Source of the DNA: Eubacteriales bacterium | GTDB taxonomy: Bacteria > Bacillota > Clostridia > Christensenellales > Aristaeellaceae | Assembly: GCA_031547595.1 (NCBI GenBank) | Contig: JAVBRU010000018.1 | Location: 3,896 to 67,895, forward strand | Reading direction: 5' to 3' | DNA length: 64,000 nucleotides | Shown here: positions 1-9,335 of the stretch, in pieces | Numbering within the stretch: the stretch's first letter is position 1 | Layout of the letters: each line of letters opens with the position of its first letter | Notes under the pieces: model-generated | Database searches by the model: none | Seen by the model: only the letters and a program-made list of their open reading frames with translations | What the model was told of the DNA's origin: nothing | Made by a program: the position numbers and the translations under genes

Positions 1-1320
1 GGTATTGGAGGCGGTGCCGGGGTGGCCGATAGAGTCGGGATAGCAATAGCGGGAGCCGAAGTGGATCTTGAGCGCGTAGGACACGTTGGAGATGGTCATG
101 CCCTTGGGGTTGTTGAGGATTTCATCGGTGAACTTGGGCACGCCGTCTTCGCCCCAATTCCAGTGTTCGCCTTCAACGCCGAAGCTGAAGGGCAGGGAGC
201 CTTCTAGGGTGTAGCCATAGTTGAGGTATTGGACGGCGGCTTCAACATCTTTGCAGGAGGTGGAGATGACGGTGACCCATGCGTTGTCGTTGTCGACCGG
301 CCAGTTGGGCAGGCTGCAACCAACGATGCTGTCGGCTTCCTTGCGCATATAGGGCAGATTGGTGACGGGGAACTTGCCGGTGGTGGCAACGCGGCTGAAC
401 GTCAGGTCTACGGAGTCAGGAATGCAGGCAAGCTGGCCCGCGTCAAACATGGTTTGTGCTTCCGTCAGGGTTGTGCTCATAAAGTCCTTGCTCAGATAGC
501 CTTTGTTGTACCAGCTGTTCATCAGGGTCAGGAACTCTTTGTAGCCTTCTTCGTTGGCGAAGTGTCCGGCAGTGACGCCGTCGGGTTTGAGGTAGAAGCC
601 ACGCAGGACGTCAAAGGCGCCCATCAGCAGGTTGCACTGCTCGCCGCTGTCATATTGGAAGTAGAAGGGGATCACGCCGGGCTTGTTGTCCAGCACGGCT
701 TGGAAGAACGCTTCGTATTCCGCGATGGTCTTGGGCTCACTCATGCCAAACTCGTCCAGCCAGTCCTTGTTCACATTGAAGCGCACATAAGGCATGGGAT
801 CGGCATAGGTGATTTTGTAGAAGCCAAGCACTTTGCCATCCTGAATAATCTGGCGCTGGGCGGTTTCATCGGCCATGATCACTTCCAGATACTGCGGTGC
901 ATATTCTTCCAGGTAGGGCATCAGATCAATGATAGCGCCGTCCTCGTACAACGCTCTCAGACCGCCGGAGTACCAGCTTTCCACCTGCAGCTGCAGCATA
1001 TCGGGCAGATTGGGGGAAGCCATCAGCAGACGGAAGTTTTCGACGGCTGTGCCGGCGGCGGGATGAATGAAATCCAGCGTCACACCCGTTTCCTTCTGGA
1101 TCAGCTGATAGGAGGGGTTCTCGGCGTAGCTGGTGATGAAGTTGGCGGCACCCGCGTTGATGGCCATCCAGTAGCTCAGCTTCACGCCTTGCTGGGAGAT
1201 GGGGTACTGGCCCTCATTCATAGGCGGCGGGGTGTAGAAGCCTTCGAGCTTCTCTGCGGCAAGCGCGCTGCCAGAGAGCAGGAGAACCAGTGCGAGGAAA
1301 CAAGCAAGCATCTTTTTCAT
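1..1320 (-). CDS. ABC transporter extracellular solute-binding protein, partial (C-terminus lies beyond the left edge)
   Basis: Minus-strand frame is open from ATG at 1320 (revcomp ATGAAAAAGATGCTTGCTTGT) to position 1. RBS GAAAGGAGA sits 8 nt upstream. The N-terminus MKKMLACFLALVLLLSGSALAAEKLEG is a signal peptide. The last readable residues are ...FGSRYCYPDSIGHPGTASNT. It is the last gene of an operon with two ABC permeases. It is absent from the ORF track because it has no stop inside the window. Confidence 0.8.
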   Translation of the reverse strand, partial: MKKMLACFLALVLLLSGSALAAEKLEGFYTPPPMNEGQYPISQQGVKLSYWMAINAGAANFITSYAENPSYQLIQKETGVTLDFIHPAAGTAVENFRLLMASPNLPDMLQLQVESWYSGGLRALYEDGAIIDLMPYLEEYAPQYLEVIMADETAQRQIIQDGKVLGFYKITYADPMPYVRFNVNKDWLDEFGMSEPKTIAEYEAFFQAVLDNKPGVIPFYFQYDSGEQCNLLMGAFDVLRGFYLKPDGVTAGHFANEEGYKEFLTLMNSWYNKGYLSKDFMSTTLTEAQTMFDAGQLACIPDSVDLTFSRVATTGKFPVTNLPYMRKEADSIVGCSLPNWPVDNDNAWVTVISTSCKDVEAAVQYLNYGYTLEGSLPFSFGVEGEHWNWGEDGVPKFTDEILNNPKGMTISNVSYALKIHFGSRYCYPDSIGHPGTASNT

Positions 1321-1392
1321 GTGGATAGTCTCCTTTCAGAATATATATAAAGGCCGGAATCAAACGCACCCAGGCCCCTATATTCATGGGGA

Positions 1393-2283
1393 TTACTCCT
1401 TGACGGAGCCGAGCATGACGCCCGTCACGAAGTACTTTTGCACAAAGGGGTAAATGCACAGAATGGGCAGTGTGGAAATGATAATGGTACAATACTTGAT
1501 CAGCTCATCCAGAAACAGTGCGCCGTCTATGGAGTTGCCCTCGCCCGTGGCGCTGTTGGCGGCGTTGTTGATGAGAATCTCCCTCAGGAACATTTGCAGC
1601 GGATACTTGTCGCGCCCACGCAGATAGACGGATGCACCAAACCATGCGTTCCAATGTCCCACAACGTAGAACAGCAGGATGACGGCGAGCGTCGCCTTAC
1701 ACACGGGCAATATAATGCGAAACAGGGTGGTAAAATCGTTCGCGCCGTCGATCATGGCGGATTCCTGCAAGGAGGCAGGCACGGCGTTGATGGCGGTGCG
1801 CATCACGATCATGTTGTAGGTGCCAATCGCGCCGGGCAGGATCAGTGCCCAGCGGCTGTCGTACAGCCCGAGGTCGTTGATGTTGAGGAAGGCGGGGATG
1901 AGGCCAAAATCCACATACATGGTGAATACGATGAGCAGCGTGAGCGGACGGGTGAACATGCTGCCCTTGCGGGACAGGCCGTAGGCGCCAATCACGGTCA
2001 TCACCATGTTGATGGCTGTGCCGACAACCACATAAAAGAGGGTATTGCTATAGCCCACCCAGATGTTCTGATTGTTGAATACCACCTTGTACCCTTCCAG
2101 CGAGAAACCGATGGGCTTAATCAGCAGGCCCTTGAAACCAATCAGCGAGAGCGGATCGGAGAAGGAGGCCATCAGGCAGTGCCACATGGGATAGAGGAAA
2201 ACGATGGTCAGCAGCGTGAGTATGAGTATGTTTGTGCCTTGCATTACTTTTTCGCCGGGGCTGTTTTTTTCTACAACGGCCAT
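1393..2283 (-). CDS. carbohydrate ABC transporter permease (MalG/LplC-like)
   Basis: 296-aa multi-TM protein with the binding-protein-dependent transporter EAA-type loop (ESAMIDGANDFTTLFRIILPV). It is adjacent to a second permease and the solute-binding protein. Confidence 0.9.
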   Translation of the reverse strand: MAVVEKNSPGEKVMQGTNILILTLLTIVFLYPMWHCLMASFSDPLSLIGFKGLLIKPIGFSLEGYKVVFNNQNIWVGYSNTLFYVVVGTAINMVMTVIGAYGLSRKGSMFTRPLTLLIVFTMYVDFGLIPAFLNINDLGLYDSRWALILPGAIGTYNMIVMRTAINAVPASLQESAMIDGANDFTTLFRIILPVCKATLAVILLFYVVGHWNAWFGASVYLRGRDKYPLQMFLREILINNAANSATGEGNSIDGALFLDELIKYCTIIISTLPILCIYPFVQKYFVTGVMLGSVKE

Positions 2284-2299
2284 GTCCGCATTCCTCCTT

Positions 2300-3256
2300 T
2301 CACCACAGGCTTTCTTCCGTCACCCGGCGGACGAAGGTGTTGACGCTCACCAGAATGGTGATACTGATGATTGCATTGAATAGGCCGATGGCAGCGCCCA
2401 TGGAATATTTGCCGTTGAGCAGGCCGTAGCGGTACATATAGGTGGAAATCACGTCCGCGGTTTCGTAGGTCATGCCGTTATATAGCAGTAGGATCTTTTC
2501 GAAGTCCACCGATACAATGTTGCCCAGGCGCATGATCAGGCGTACGATGATGATGGGCACCAGCCCGGGCAGCGTGACGTGCCAGATGCGCTGCAGCTTG
2601 GATGCACCGTCGATGTGCGCAGCCTCGTACAGCTGCGGATCGATGGTGGAGAGGGTGGCCAGGTAGATGATGGAATCCCAGCCCATCGATTGCCAGATGG
2701 AGGAGCCGATGTGAATGGTGCGGTAGTATCCCGATACACCCAGTAGATTCTTGCTTTCCCAGCTGGAGTCAAAGAAGCCGATCAGCTGATTGAAAATGCC
2801 ATTGGATGCACAGAAATTGCGGATAATGCCGCATACGACCACCAGTGAAATAAAGTGCGGCATGTAGCTGACCGTTTGCATGATGCGCTTGCCCGCCATG
2901 TTTTTCACTTCGTTGATCATCAAGGCGAAGAGGATGGGCGCGGGAAAGGCGAAGAGGATGGAATAAAAGCTGAGCATTAGGGTGTTGCGGATCATGCGCC
3001 AGCAGTCTTTCAACTGAAAAAACTTCACAAAGTTGGCAAAGCCCACAAACTTGCTGCCGGAAATACCCTTGCGAATGTTGAAATCCTGAAAGGCAATGAT
3101 CATGTTGGTCATGGGTTTGTACTTGAACAGGATAAAGTACGCCAGCACGGGAATCAGCATCAAATATACGTATTTGTAGCGCTTAAAGTCCCTCTTTAGC
3201 CGTAAGCTCAGGGGTTTTTTGGCCATACCAGGGTTTATTACCGCTTTTTGATTCAT
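2300..3256 (-). CDS. sugar ABC transporter permease (MalF/LplB-like)
   Basis: 318-aa multi-TM protein with EAA loop EAAHIDGASKLQRIWHVTLPGL. The N-terminal basic segment followed by a TM helix is typical of LplB/YtcP-like polysaccharide-uptake permeases. Confidence 0.9.
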   Translation of the reverse strand: MNQKAVINPGMAKKPLSLRLKRDFKRYKYVYLMLIPVLAYFILFKYKPMTNMIIAFQDFNIRKGISGSKFVGFANFVKFFQLKDCWRMIRNTLMLSFYSILFAFPAPILFALMINEVKNMAGKRIMQTVSYMPHFISLVVVCGIIRNFCASNGIFNQLIGFFDSSWESKNLLGVSGYYRTIHIGSSIWQSMGWDSIIYLATLSTIDPQLYEAAHIDGASKLQRIWHVTLPGLVPIIIVRLIMRLGNIVSVDFEKILLLYNGMTYETADVISTYMYRYGLLNGKYSMGAAIGLFNAIISITILVSVNTFVRRVTEESLW

Positions 3257-3294
3257 GCAAATCCTCCTTTGAATGAATTGATATTACAAAGCAA

Positions 3295-4152
3295 TTATGT
3301 CAATGTGATGGTGAAGCTGCGCGTGCACTGCTCGCCGGGCAGCAGCTCCAGCGCGCCGTCCCGCTGGGATAAGTACAGGCTGGGGTGCGTGCCAGGGTGC
3401 AGGCTGGTGCAGGGCTCCAGACAGATAAGCGCCGCTTCCCTGATGGGCATCGACCAGATGGCCATGTAGGGATACTCACGTCGATCGATCTTGGCGCTAT
3501 GGCTGTGCTGGGTGGAGGCCAGCTTCACCCAGTTGGAGCGGAAGTGCCTCAGGCTGCGGGTGTAATTCTTGAACAGATCATGGTGCAGCGGGCGCTTGTC
3601 TGTGCTATCCAGGAACGGAGCTTCCCAGCCAAAGGGGTTGAAGGATTGCAGCGTTTCCGCCTGCTCAAATTGCAGATAATAATCGGTATCTGTGTCGGTG
3701 TCAAACAGCGGCCATTTATACGCTGTGTGGCAGCCAATGCAAAAAGGCATGGTGTTTGCGCCGCAGTTTTGCACGGTATGCTGCACAATCAGGCCGTCGC
3801 CCTCCAGCGTGTAGGTCACAATCAGGTTAAACTCAAAGGGGTACTGTGCGCGGGTGCGGGCGTTTGCGGTCAACAGCATGGAAACGCTGGTCTCGCTGTG
3901 TTCCACCACTGTAAAATTCTCATCCTGCGCAAAGCCGTTGATGGTCATGCGGTAGGGCTGATCACCCACAAAATACGTATCGCTGAGGAAACGGCCGATG
4001 ATGGGGAACAGCGTGGGGCTGGTGCGCGGATAGGTGTCCACATCACCCTGCCACAGGTATTCAAGGCCGCTTAGCGCCAGGCCTTTCAGCTCCGCGCCAA
4101 AGGGGTTGACATGGGCGACGAGGTTTCCACTTTTTAGAATGATGTCCTTCAT
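3295..4152 (-). CDS. aldose 1-epimerase (galactose mutarotase-like) family protein
   Basis: 285 aa. N-terminus ...VNPFGAELKGL...YLWQGD...YPRTSPTLFPIIGR and the overall beta-sandwich-type composition match the aldose-epimerase superfamily as I recognise it. It sits inside a sugar-uptake/KDG operon. Confidence 0.7.
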   Translation of the reverse strand: MKDIILKSGNLVAHVNPFGAELKGLALSGLEYLWQGDVDTYPRTSPTLFPIIGRFLSDTYFVGDQPYRMTINGFAQDENFTVVEHSETSVSMLLTANARTRAQYPFEFNLIVTYTLEGDGLIVQHTVQNCGANTMPFCIGCHTAYKWPLFDTDTDTDYYLQFEQAETLQSFNPFGWEAPFLDSTDKRPLHHDLFKNYTRSLRHFRSNWVKLASTQHSHSAKIDRREYPYMAIWSMPIREAALICLEPCTSLHPGTHPSLYLSQRDGALELLPGEQCTRSFTITLT

Positions 4153-4165
4153 AGATCAACCTCCT

Positions 4166-6196
4166 TTATGCAAACAGATGCCAATCCTGCTCTTTGGCGG
4201 CGGTGGTCAGGCGGTCGAGCGCCGTCAGCCGGTACGCCGATACCCAGGAAACCAGCCAATCGTTAAAGTGGCCGCGCTCCTCGCAATCGGGGCGGTATTT
4301 CGTCCAGCGTGCCTGGAAAAAGCCTTCATTCTGGCTGCCCAGGGGGCGGGGCTTGCCAAGCACGATATCGCCCTCCTGCTTGGTGATGCCAAGCAGCGCC
4401 TGGCACCACATCATGCGTGCCCACAGCAGCCAGTTTTCATCGCCTGTGAACTTCCACAGCCGCACAAACTCCGGCGTGAGCAGGCTGCCCCAGGGGTCAA
4501 TGGCGTGATGCTCGGCAGAGATTGCCGTGCCACCTGCCGTGTAAAAGCCATATTTTTTGAAATCGCTGCTGTCCGGATACAGCGCATCATATTGAAACGT
4601 CCACGAATAAAAATAGTATGCAGCCTTCTTGGCATATTCCAGGTATTTCCCTTCGCCCGTCAGTTCGTATAGATCCAGCGACGATATCACAAAGGGGAAG
4701 GCCGTTTCTTTGTCTACCGCCACGCAGTCGATCGCCCCGGCGGTGCATACAAACTGGTTGACATCGCGGTTAAAGTAAAAATCCAGCCCGCGCTTGGCGG
4801 TGTCGAGGTAGGCGGCATTGCCGGTGGCGCGGTAGGTGTCGATCAGGCCGTTGATCATAAAACCGCCCACGGAGCCGGTGGTGTCAAGCGGCTGCCCCTC
4901 CAGTGTGAAGGACTTGCCAAACCCGTATTCATCGCTGTAGTTCTTACAAAAGAAATCGCAAATCCGGGTGGCAAAGCGCAGATATTCTGGCTTGTCAATG
5001 CCGTTTTCCTGGAGCAGTAAATAGATTTTGCTCATTTCGGACGCGCCCCAGCCCAGGTTGCACACCTCGGGGAAGAAGCCCTCGCAAAGCGATGCGCGGC
5101 TCAATCTGCCGCTCTGCTTTGCTTCCTCCAGCTGCGCGTACCGCTCGAAGTGGGCGAGGATCATGCCGTTTTCTTCTTGCTTTTCTACCCACGCATCCTG
5201 CATGGAAAGGCAGGCTTGCAGCATGTCCATATCGCCCTTTTCCAGCGCTTCTTTCATGAACATCCGGCAGATCAGGAAACCTTGCCCCGCCCAGCCGATC
5301 TCGTAGATCACGCGGTTGTAGCCAAACACGTTGTTTTCGCGAACATCCATCGCGCGCTGCATGGCTTCCGGGTCTTTCATGGTCAACTGGCCGATGGCCT
5401 GCAGGCGGGACACCTTGGTGTCCATGCCGGCGATGATCAGCTTTTGCCCCTGATAATCGTGGATCAGGCGCTTCAAATAGGCCATGCCCAGCTCCCACAC
5501 GCGGTTCGGGGTGAAGAGCGGCTGCTTGTCGAAGGGGAAAACCTCCGGCATGCGGTCCAGCAGATTGGCGCAGGCAAAATGCCCCCACTTCGGCGTGCAG
5601 GCAAACAGATAAAAGACCACGCTGAACTGCTCGCCCGGGGTGAGCGTGATGAACTCGTCATGCCGGGGTTTCATGATGTTTTTGCTGGCGTAGGTGACGG
5701 GCGCTTCTGTGACGGGGTAATAAATCCGGTGGATAAAGCAGCCGTCGTCTTGCTTGATCAGCGATGCGGAGGTGCGCAGGCTGTTTTCATCCTCGTCGCT
5801 GGCAAACAGCGCAAAGCCATAATCCAGATTTTCGGTGAGCGTGCAGGAGGGGATGCCTATCCTGTCATAGGCAAACACCCAGGGCTGGCCGTCGTAGGTG
5901 AGTCCCTTGGGGGAGTTGCCCTCGCCCCAGTGGTTGCCGTTGTACATCACGCAGGGGATCAAATACTGGTCGGGCGTAAAGAGCGTTTTTGCTTCATTGA
6001 TCAGCTTGAACACGCGGATTTTGCCGCTTTCGTTGGCGAGGGTGCGCCGCACCTGATACAGCCCCAGGCCTCGGTCAACCATGCAATCGGTGCAGACAAA
6101 GCCTGCGGCTTCGGCGGGGGATTCTGCGCCGTTTTCTTCAATCACGGGGGGCAAAAGCTGCGCAACCGCCTCGTTGTTTTGCATGATGATAAGCAT
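4166..6196 (-). CDS. uncharacterised cytoplasmic enzyme, 676 aa, possible (alpha/alpha)6-barrel glycan/oligosaccharide-processing protein
   Basis: The track ORF 4166..6340 overlaps kdgK. The internal ATG at 6196 (MLIIMQNNEAV) has RBS AGGGAGGG 9 nt upstream and lies 22 nt after the kdgK stop. There is no signal peptide. The C-terminal half is rich in aromatic/helical repeats (…GGFMINGLIDTYRATGNAAYLDTAKRGLDFYF…YELTGEGKYLEYAKKAAYYFYSW…), suggestive of an alpha/alpha toroid. The family is not recognised. Confidence 0.55.
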   Translation of the reverse strand: MLIIMQNNEAVAQLLPPVIEENGAESPAEAAGFVCTDCMVDRGLGLYQVRRTLANESGKIRVFKLINEAKTLFTPDQYLIPCVMYNGNHWGEGNSPKGLTYDGQPWVFAYDRIGIPSCTLTENLDYGFALFASDEDENSLRTSASLIKQDDGCFIHRIYYPVTEAPVTYASKNIMKPRHDEFITLTPGEQFSVVFYLFACTPKWGHFACANLLDRMPEVFPFDKQPLFTPNRVWELGMAYLKRLIHDYQGQKLIIAGMDTKVSRLQAIGQLTMKDPEAMQRAMDVRENNVFGYNRVIYEIGWAGQGFLICRMFMKEALEKGDMDMLQACLSMQDAWVEKQEENGMILAHFERYAQLEEAKQSGRLSRASLCEGFFPEVCNLGWGASEMSKIYLLLQENGIDKPEYLRFATRICDFFCKNYSDEYGFGKSFTLEGQPLDTTGSVGGFMINGLIDTYRATGNAAYLDTAKRGLDFYFNRDVNQFVCTAGAIDCVAVDKETAFPFVISSLDLYELTGEGKYLEYAKKAAYYFYSWTFQYDALYPDSSDFKKYGFYTAGGTAISAEHHAIDPWGSLLTPEFVRLWKFTGDENWLLWARMMWCQALLGITKQEGDIVLGKPRPLGSQNEGFFQARWTKYRPDCEERGHFNDWLVSWVSAYRLTALDRLTTAAKEQDWHLFA

Positions 6197-6218
6197 TTTC
6201 GCAAGCCCTCCCTTCCCG

Positions 6219-7244
6219 TTAGCGCTGTACGCGGCCGGTGGCGTTGCCCTTTGCAAGCGCCAGCACTTCGCTTTCGCTTTGCAGGGCAAAATCCTGCTCG
6301 ATGCTGTGCTTGAGGCAGCTGGCGGCCACGGCGTAGTCAATCGCCTTTTGCGGCTCGAAGCCGGATAACAGGCTATGGATCAGGCCACCGCCAAAGCTGT
6401 CGCCGCCGCCCACGCGATCCACAATGTGTACGGAGTAGACGGGAGAAAAGTACGCATTTTCTTGGGTATACAGCATGCCCGCCCAGTTGTTGTCGTTGGC
6501 AGACAGGCTGGTGCGAAGGGTGATGGCCACCTGCTTGAAGCCAAAGCGCGCCTGCAATTGCTGTGCTACGCTGATATAGCCCGCATATTCCAGCTTACCG
6601 GATTGCACATCGTTGCCCTGCCCGGCGCTGATGCCAAACACATCATAGGCGTCTTCTTCGTTGGCGATGCAAAGATCTACATAGGGCATCAATTGCCCCA
6701 TCACTTCTCCGGCCTTCTCGCGCGACCAGAGCTTGCCGCGATAGTTGAGATCGCACGAGGTGGTGATGCCCTTCTCGCGGCATATTTTCAGTGCGTCCAG
6801 GCAGATGGCGGGCAGTTCGCCGCCCAGCGCGGGGGTGATGCCGGTGAAGTGGAACCATGTAGCATCCTGCAAAATACTGTCCCAGTCAAAATCCTTTGCC
6901 GTAGCCAGCGCAATGCTCGCGCCCTGGCGATCGTAAATCACCTTGCTGCCGCGCTGGGAAGCGCCTTTTTCTACAAAATAAATGCCAAGCCGCGGCCCGC
7001 CACGCACCATGTCCCGCGTGTCCACGCCATAGCGGCGCAGTGCATTGATGGCACATTGACCGATTTCGGTGGCGGGCACCTTGGATACAAAGCAGGCATC
7101 ATGCCCATACTGCGCCAGGGAAACGGCCACATTGGCCTCACCCCCGGCATAGGAGACTTCAAAGGAATTCGCCTGTACAAAGCGCCGGTATCCTTCGGGG
7201 TTCAGGCGCATCATAATTTCGCCAAATGTCACAACACGGCTCAT
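6219..7244 (-). CDS. kdgK: 2-dehydro-3-deoxygluconokinase (PfkB family)
   Basis: 341 aa. N-terminus MSRVVTFGEIMMRLNPEG…SYAGGEANVAVSLAQYG and the C-terminal PfkB motif DRVGGGDSFGGGLIH are present. It is coupled by 4-nt overlap to the upstream aldolase gene. Confidence 0.85.
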   Translation of the reverse strand: MSRVVTFGEIMMRLNPEGYRRFVQANSFEVSYAGGEANVAVSLAQYGHDACFVSKVPATEIGQCAINALRRYGVDTRDMVRGGPRLGIYFVEKGASQRGSKVIYDRQGASIALATAKDFDWDSILQDATWFHFTGITPALGGELPAICLDALKICREKGITTSCDLNYRGKLWSREKAGEVMGQLMPYVDLCIANEEDAYDVFGISAGQGNDVQSGKLEYAGYISVAQQLQARFGFKQVAITLRTSLSANDNNWAGMLYTQENAYFSPVYSVHIVDRVGGGDSFGGGLIHSLLSGFEPQKAIDYAVAASCLKHSIEQDFALQSESEVLALAKGNATGRVQR

Positions 7245-7885
7245 AACGCGTCCACCGCCTTTCTGTATGTACGGGCCATTTCGGTGATTTTATGGGCTTG
7301 CCCGTCCTCCAGCAGCTTTTGATTGACCAGGCTGCCGCCAATGCCCAGCCCCATGCAGCCGGCAGCTAGAAAATCTGCCGCATTTTGCTCGTTCACGCCG
7401 CCCACCGCCATCAGCGGGATGTGGGAGAGCGGGGCGCGGATGGCCTTGATGTAGGCGGGGCCAAGCTGCCCGGCGGGGAACACCTTCACGGCGTCCGCAC
7501 CGGCTTCGTGCGCGATCACAATTTCCGTGGGGGAAAGCGCGCCGGCCAGCACATACAGGCCGTTGACCTTGGCTGTTTCAATCAGACGCGGGTTGGTGTT
7601 CGGGGTCACGATATACTGTGCGCCCGCGTCCTTGGCCTGCTGCATCTGGTCGATGGTCAGCACCGTGCCCGCGCCGGGCATCACTTTGCCTGCAAACTGC
7701 GTGGCCAGCGCCGCGATGGCGGCACTGGTATCGGCAAAGGTTTCAGGGTGCGCCTGGTCGAAGGTGACTTCGATCCAGTCAATGCCGCCCTGGTATAACG
7801 CGTCTGCCAGTTGCATAGTGTTTTCTTTCTTCAAGCCCCGCACAATGGCAACAATCTTTTGCCTGTAAAGCCATTCCATCGTCAT
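7241..7885 (-). CDS. eda: 2-dehydro-3-deoxyphosphogluconate (KDPG/KHG) aldolase
   Basis: The track ORF is trimmed to ATG 7885 (MTMEWLYRQKIVAIVRGL; RBS GGGGGAA upstream), giving 214 aa. Motifs KIVAIVRG, GAQYIVTP, the Schiff-base region AVKVFPAG and GGV are typical of Eda/KdgA. Confidence 0.85.
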   Translation of the reverse strand: MTMEWLYRQKIVAIVRGLKKENTMQLADALYQGGIDWIEVTFDQAHPETFADTSAAIAALATQFAGKVMPGAGTVLTIDQMQQAKDAGAQYIVTPNTNPRLIETAKVNGLYVLAGALSPTEIVIAHEAGADAVKVFPAGQLGPAYIKAIRAPLSHIPLMAVGGVNEQNAADFLAAGCMGLGIGGSLVNQKLLEDGQAHKITEMARTYRKAVDAL

Positions 7886-8029
7886 TTGCAATTCCCCCGG
7901 TACGCACATTCGCTTTTTTAGAGTATACAAAGAGAAAGCGCCAATCGTCAAAGAGGAAAAGCAAGCGTAACGCTCAAAAAAATCCACCTTGCATAATTTG
8001 GCGCGGTATGATAAAATAAAAAATTTTAA

Positions 8030-9175
8030 TCAGATATCGTGAATAAAGCTGAGCGAAGTCTCTTCGCCCAAGTGTTCCTTCAGCAGCGCCTCAAAGCCCT
8101 TGCGGCTGTCCACACCCGCGTCCTGATAAATCTTGCGCAGACGGTAACGCAGGGTGCTGTCGCTGACAAAAGTTTCCGATGCAATCTGCTCGTAGCTGTT
8201 TTTGTTCAACAGCCCCTGAATGATGCGCATATCCAGTGCATCCCGCTGGGAAAAACAGTTTTCGATGCCTACAATGGCAGAAATGGTTGGATTTAGATAA
8301 AAATTATCCTTTTGAAGCACGCTTGACAGCCCGGCCGTGAAGGTTTGAATATGCATGTCCGCAGTGCTTTGGCGCACCAATATGCGGCTTGGTGCTGTGA
8401 TTTTGAGCGCGCTTTGCCGCAGGCCCTCTTTCATCATCAGAAATTGCCAGATGTTAAATGTCAGCTCGCCCACGTGCGTCATGTCCATTGTCATGGTGGT
8501 GATGGAGGGCTGGTACAACCGCCCGATGGTGGTGTTGCCAAAGGAGGCCACAAACAAATCCTGCGGCACGCGCAGGCCGTGCGCTTTGCAGTAGGTGATA
8601 AAGCAGATGGCCATCATGTCGTTGGGGCAAATCACGGCATCATAGCGCTGTGCTACGGGGCGAAATGCGTCGAAGCACGCGCCAGGGTCGTGCTCCCACA
8701 GCCACACATCCTCCTGGGTGAGGATGTTGCCCCAGGCGGCCACGGCGCTCATGGCGGCGTGGAAGCGGAAGTTGTCGTTGATGGAGTGTCTGCCAAACCC
8801 CACCAGCGCAATGTGGCGGCGCTGGCAGTGGTACAGATAGTTGACCAGCTGCTGCGTTTCCGCGCGGCGCGACGGGGTGGCGCAGGATACACCGGGGCCA
8901 AATTGCTCGGCATCCATGCCTGCCAAAATGGGGTGCAAATCGTTGTCCCGCAAGGCGTTGATCACTTCTTGGATGTAGACCAGGTTGGCGCTGGCGATGA
9001 TGGCGGCGGTATCAATCCGCGAAAAATCCACCGTGCCAAGCGTCTGTTCCTCCGCCATTTGCAGGCGCGCGCCATAGCGCGACGCTGCGGTGCGAAGCCC
9101 CTGCAGCATGTTCGCATATTGCGAAGCCGCTGCCGATTTCTCGTCATAAAACACCCAGATGAGCTGTTCCCGCAT
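8030..9175 (-). CDS. transcriptional regulator: LacI-type sugar-binding (periplasmic-binding-protein-like) domain with C-terminal LuxR/GerE-type HTH
   Basis: Start ATG 9175 (MREQLIWVFY) has RBS GGAAGGAGA 6 nt upstream. There is no N-terminal HTH. The central region (…YDAVICPNDMMAICFITYCKAHGLRVPQDLFVASFGN…) looks like the LacI/GalR effector domain. The C-terminus NKNSYEQIASETFVSDSTLRYRLRKIYQDAGV looks like a LuxR/GerE HTH. Confidence 0.6.
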   Translation of the reverse strand: MREQLIWVFYDEKSAAASQYANMLQGLRTAASRYGARLQMAEEQTLGTVDFSRIDTAAIIASANLVYIQEVINALRDNDLHPILAGMDAEQFGPGVSCATPSRRAETQQLVNYLYHCQRRHIALVGFGRHSINDNFRFHAAMSAVAAWGNILTQEDVWLWEHDPGACFDAFRPVAQRYDAVICPNDMMAICFITYCKAHGLRVPQDLFVASFGNTTIGRLYQPSITTMTMDMTHVGELTFNIWQFLMMKEGLRQSALKITAPSRILVRQSTADMHIQTFTAGLSSVLQKDNFYLNPTISAIVGIENCFSQRDALDMRIIQGLLNKNSYEQIASETFVSDSTLRYRLRKIYQDAGVDSRKGFEALLKEHLGEETSLSFIHDI

Positions 9176-9281
9176 GGTCGGTCTCCTTCCAGAAATAAGA
9201 AATTTCAAAATTTTATATTATAACATACATCAAAGAATAATGCAAGGTGAATTCTCTGAATGCATACTTTCTTTTTTCGCG

Positions 9282-9310
9282 TTGAGAATGCGAAATTCCT
9301 GCCGTACAAT
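9282..9310 (+). promoter_or_regulatory. sigma-A-type promoter for the MBL/SDR/dehydratase/FdrA operon
   Basis: TTGAGA (9282-9287), 17-nt spacer, TACAAT (9305-9310). It is followed by RBS GAGGAGG and ATG 9336. Confidence 0.5.
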
Positions 9311-9335
9311 GTAAAAAACATGAGGAGGACAATGC

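Noticed and set aside
229-1350. 373-aa plus-strand ORF at the left end
   Set aside because: It is antisense to the solute-binding-protein gene (1-1320, minus), which has a proper RBS, a signal peptide and operon context. The plus-strand translation is low-complexity G/A/V/H-rich with no motifs, a typical shadow ORF in high-GC DNA.
6197-6340. N-terminal 48 codons of the track ORF 4166-6340, and analogous 5' extensions of ORFs starting at 10028, 12614, 14152, 18332, 30505, 31218, 33546, 35615, 39678, 40588 and 57698
   Set aside because: The extensions overlap the preceding gene's coding sequence in another frame and lack an RBS. Internal starts with a GGAGG-type RBS or ATGA/overlap coupling give proteins of canonical length.
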